Shown: positions 14,680 through 16,522 of the stretch, piece after piece
Numbering within the stretch: position 1 is the first letter of the stretch
How the letters are laid out: every line of letters begins with the position of its first letter
NCBI GenBank assembly: GCA_034667685.1
Contig: JAXDQU010000040.1
Location: 1-16,522 of the forward strand
DNA length: 16,522 nucleotides
Reading direction: 5' to 3'
DNA from: Thermoplasmata archaeon
GTDB lineage: Archaea; Thermoplasmatota; SW-10-69-26; JACQPN01; JAJPHT01
Notes under the pieces: generated by a model
What the model saw: the letters and a program-made list of their open reading frames with translations, nothing else
What the model was told of the DNA's origin: nothing
The model's database searches: none
Made by a program: the position numbers and the translations under genes

Positions 14680-14761
14680 GGAACACGAAGAGCACGAAGA
14701 GCACGAAGACACGAAGTTCTGAAACCTTCGTGCCTTCGTGGCTTCGTGCTCTTCGTGTTCC
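14680..14761. repeat. Intergenic inverted repeat of tandem CACGAAG x4 / CTTCGTG x4 units
   Basis: CACGAAG at 14684, 14693, 14702 and 14710; CTTCGTG at 14726, 14734, 14742 and 14751. Outer 20 bp (14680-14699 / 14742-14761) are perfectly complementary. Confidence 0.92.
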
Positions 14762-14789
14762 CAGCGGCCTCACCGGACCCGACAGGAGT

Positions 14790-15131
14790 TCACCGGGACC
14801 CGCGCAGCCGCTTGTCGAGCGCCGCCAACCGCTCGCGCCAGAACTCGTCCACGTCCTTCGCGTACCCCGCCGCAAGGCGGAGCGCGCCGGGCACGATGGC
14901 GTAGAACCGTTCGCGCCCCTGCTTGCGCGCGGTGACCAGGCCGGCGCGCGCGAGGACGGCGAGGTGCTTCGAGATGGCGGGGCGGCTCACGTCGAAGCGC
15001 GCCGCGACGTCCGCCACGCGCATCTCGCCCCCGCCCAGCACGACGAGGATGCCGCGGCGCGTCGGGTCGGCCAGCGCGCGGAAGACGGCGTCCTGCACGG
15101 GCGCCTTGGCGCTGCGCACCGCGCGGGGCAC
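14790..15131 (-). CDS. ArsR/SmtB family transcriptional regulator (about 113 aa)
   Basis: DAVFRALADPTRRGIL, RFDVSRPAISKHLAVLARAGLV and KQGRERFY. GTG 15131 lies 2 nt after the SRPBCC stop; the start could be slightly downstream. Confidence 0.92.
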   Translation of the reverse strand: MPRAVRSAKAPVQDAVFRALADPTRRGILVVLGGGEMRVADVAARFDVSRPAISKHLAVLARAGLVTARKQGRERFYAIVPGALRLAAGYAKDVDEFWRERLAALDKRLRGSR

Positions 15132-15133
15132 GC

Positions 15134-15628
15134 TCAGGCCGCCTTGGCCGCCTGCTTGCCGTGGGCCTTGACCTCGGCGCGCGGCGGGATCGGCTTGCCC
15201 TCGGCGATGCGCTGCGCGACGAACGGGATCGTGCGCTTGACCATGCCCTCCCAGCCGCGGTTCATCCCGGCCTTCATGATCCGGCCCATGAAGCCGTGGA
15301 AGCCGCTGTGCCGGAAGGCGAGGCGCGTGCCGCCCGTCTTCGTGGGCGTCAGGGTCCACGTCACGGTGGTGGGCTGCGCGTCCTGCTTGAAGTTCCAGAG
15401 GAGCGTGAGCTTGCGCGCGGGCTCGGCCTCGACGACCTTGCAGTCGCAGACGCCGTTCCAGAAGGGGCGCGGCTTGTCGCGGAACTGGAACTCGGCGCCG
15501 ATCTTGGCCTCGCGGAAGTCGTTCTCCATGAGCCACGCGGAGAGCCCCTCGTGCGTCGCGATGGCGCGCCAGACGACCTCCGGGGGCTGCGGGTACTCGG
15601 CCTCGTACGAGATGTCTTCGATCGCCAT
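15134..15628 (-). CDS. SRPBCC (AHSA1/CalC-like) domain protein (164 aa)
   Basis: YPQPPEVVWRAI, LSAWLMENDF, VTWTLTP, GGTRLAFRHSGF and MNRGW. Adjacent to ArsR. Confidence 0.92.
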   Translation of the reverse strand: MAIEDISYEAEYPQPPEVVWRAIATHEGLSAWLMENDFREAKIGAEFQFRDKPRPFWNGVCDCKVVEAEPARKLTLLWNFKQDAQPTTVTWTLTPTKTGGTRLAFRHSGFHGFMGRIMKAGMNRGWEGMVKRTIPFVAQRIAEGKPIPPRAEVKAHGKQAAKAA

Positions 15629-15747
15629 GGGACGGCGGAGGCCACCGGAAGCGAAAGCGTTGCCGCTCGGTTACGGATCCGTAGCCCGCCCGTTGCTAGC
15701 AACGATCCGGTCCGCCAAGCCAAGACCCCCCAGGGCGTGCGGCGCGC

Positions 15748-16522
15748 ATGGCCCGCGCCTCTCCCCCTCCGCGCCGCGTCTCCCTGCTCGCCGTCGGTCT
15801 CGTCCTGCTCATGATCCTGCCCCCGGGCATCGCGCAGACGCAGACGCCCACGGCCGCCACGCTCCCGGTCGGAAGCGGCGTCCCGCCCACCGGCGGCCCC
15901 TGGGACGGACCCTGGCAGGACGCGCAGATGCCCGAGGCGCAGGTGCAGCGGTTCATGAGCCTCTGGACCCCGCGCGTCCAGGACTCCTCGTGGATGGAGA
16001 ACTACACGCGCTTCCCCGGCGTGCCCCCGGAGATCATGGCCGAGGGCTTCCACCAGCAGACGGACCCGCGCCAGCAGATGTACCTCGTCGAGCGCCTCTT
16101 CGAGGGCATCTGGAACAACGACACGCAGTACCAGCTCCAGATGGCCGCCGCGCCCGCCGCGCAGCGCAACGAGGAGCTCGACGGCGTGCGCACGATGCTC
16201 GTCAACCTCGTCTTCAACAAGGACGCGGCGCTGGGCGACCTGCTGCGCAGCGCCAACCAGACGGCCTCGGCGGTGGGCGACTCGCCGCTCGACCCCGCGT
16301 ACCTCGCCGCGATCGCCGCGGCGCAGACCTCGAACGTCACGCCGCCCGTGAACGTCACGCCGCCCACGCCGCCCCTCGACGTGATCAGCACGGCGGACGA
16401 CCTCGCGGCCGCGGCCGGCGCCGTGGCGCCCCCGGGGGTGCCCGACCCGACCGACCTGGCCACGCTGCCCAGCCTGCCCGCGATCCCCTCGCCCTCGGTC
16501 CCGGTCCCCCCGCCCGCGGGCC
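15748..16522 (+). CDS. 5' part of a secreted Pro/Ala/Thr-rich protein, probably a surface glycoprotein; runs off the window
   Basis: ATG 15748 gives MARASPPPRRVSLLAVGLVLLMILPPGIA-QTQTPT..., open to 16522 with strong GC3. Absent from the track because it has no stop. Sequons NYT, NDT, NQT and NVT x2. Confidence 0.85.
   Translation, partial: MARASPPPRRVSLLAVGLVLLMILPPGIAQTQTPTAATLPVGSGVPPTGGPWDGPWQDAQMPEAQVQRFMSLWTPRVQDSSWMENYTRFPGVPPEIMAEGFHQQTDPRQQMYLVERLFEGIWNNDTQYQLQMAAAPAAQRNEELDGVRTMLVNLVFNKDAALGDLLRSANQTASAVGDSPLDPAYLAAIAAAQTSNVTPPVNVTPPTPPLDVISTADDLAAAAGAVAPPGVPDPTDLATLPSLPAIPSPSVPVPPPAG

Noticed and set aside
14680-14761. CRISPR array (also considered for 1-84, 3629-3694 and 6518-6617)
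   Set aside because: Units are 6-9 bp with no unique 25-45 bp spacers, the arrays are inverted, and no cas genes are present.
294-16463. Long alternative ORFs in the track (e.g. 294..1370-, 5043..6302-, 10006..11526+, 12137..13996+, 13561..14904+, 16002..16463-)
   Set aside because: They are antisense or frame-shifted shadows of well-supported genes, a typical artefact of stop-codon scarcity in high-GC DNA.

Overview
GC-rich, gene-dense window that is probably archaeal. It has a DUF5611-like gene, short A/T boxes about 25-30 nt upstream of apparently leaderless starts, and GGTGA/GGAGGT ribosome-binding sites. The proteins are not halophile-acidic overall, so a Thermoplasmatota-type genome is my inference. 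The left end holds a cluster of four secreted Cys-containing proteins of unknown family: one 313-aa protein with a long leader and terminator, then three tandem disulfide-rich miniproteins built from a shared 4-Cys module. The rest encodes a YcaQ-type DNA glycosylase, a protein with an H1-like Lys/Ala tail, a PlsC-like acyltransferase, an LVIVD-type lipoprotein, a four-helix-bundle protein, MscS, a CxxC protein, a stand-alone receiver, dodecin, a small ORF missed by the track, DUF5611, CcdA, a K+ channel, a second lipoprotein, an Fe-ADH/ALDH pair, SRPBCC/ArsR and the start of a Pro-rich secreted protein. Four intergenic hairpins share one design (a 6-9 bp unit repeated in tandem, then inverted) but use different units. 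The most perfect one, with 41-bp arms, abuts the four-helix-bundle gene. All family calls come from motif recognition by eye; no searches were run.
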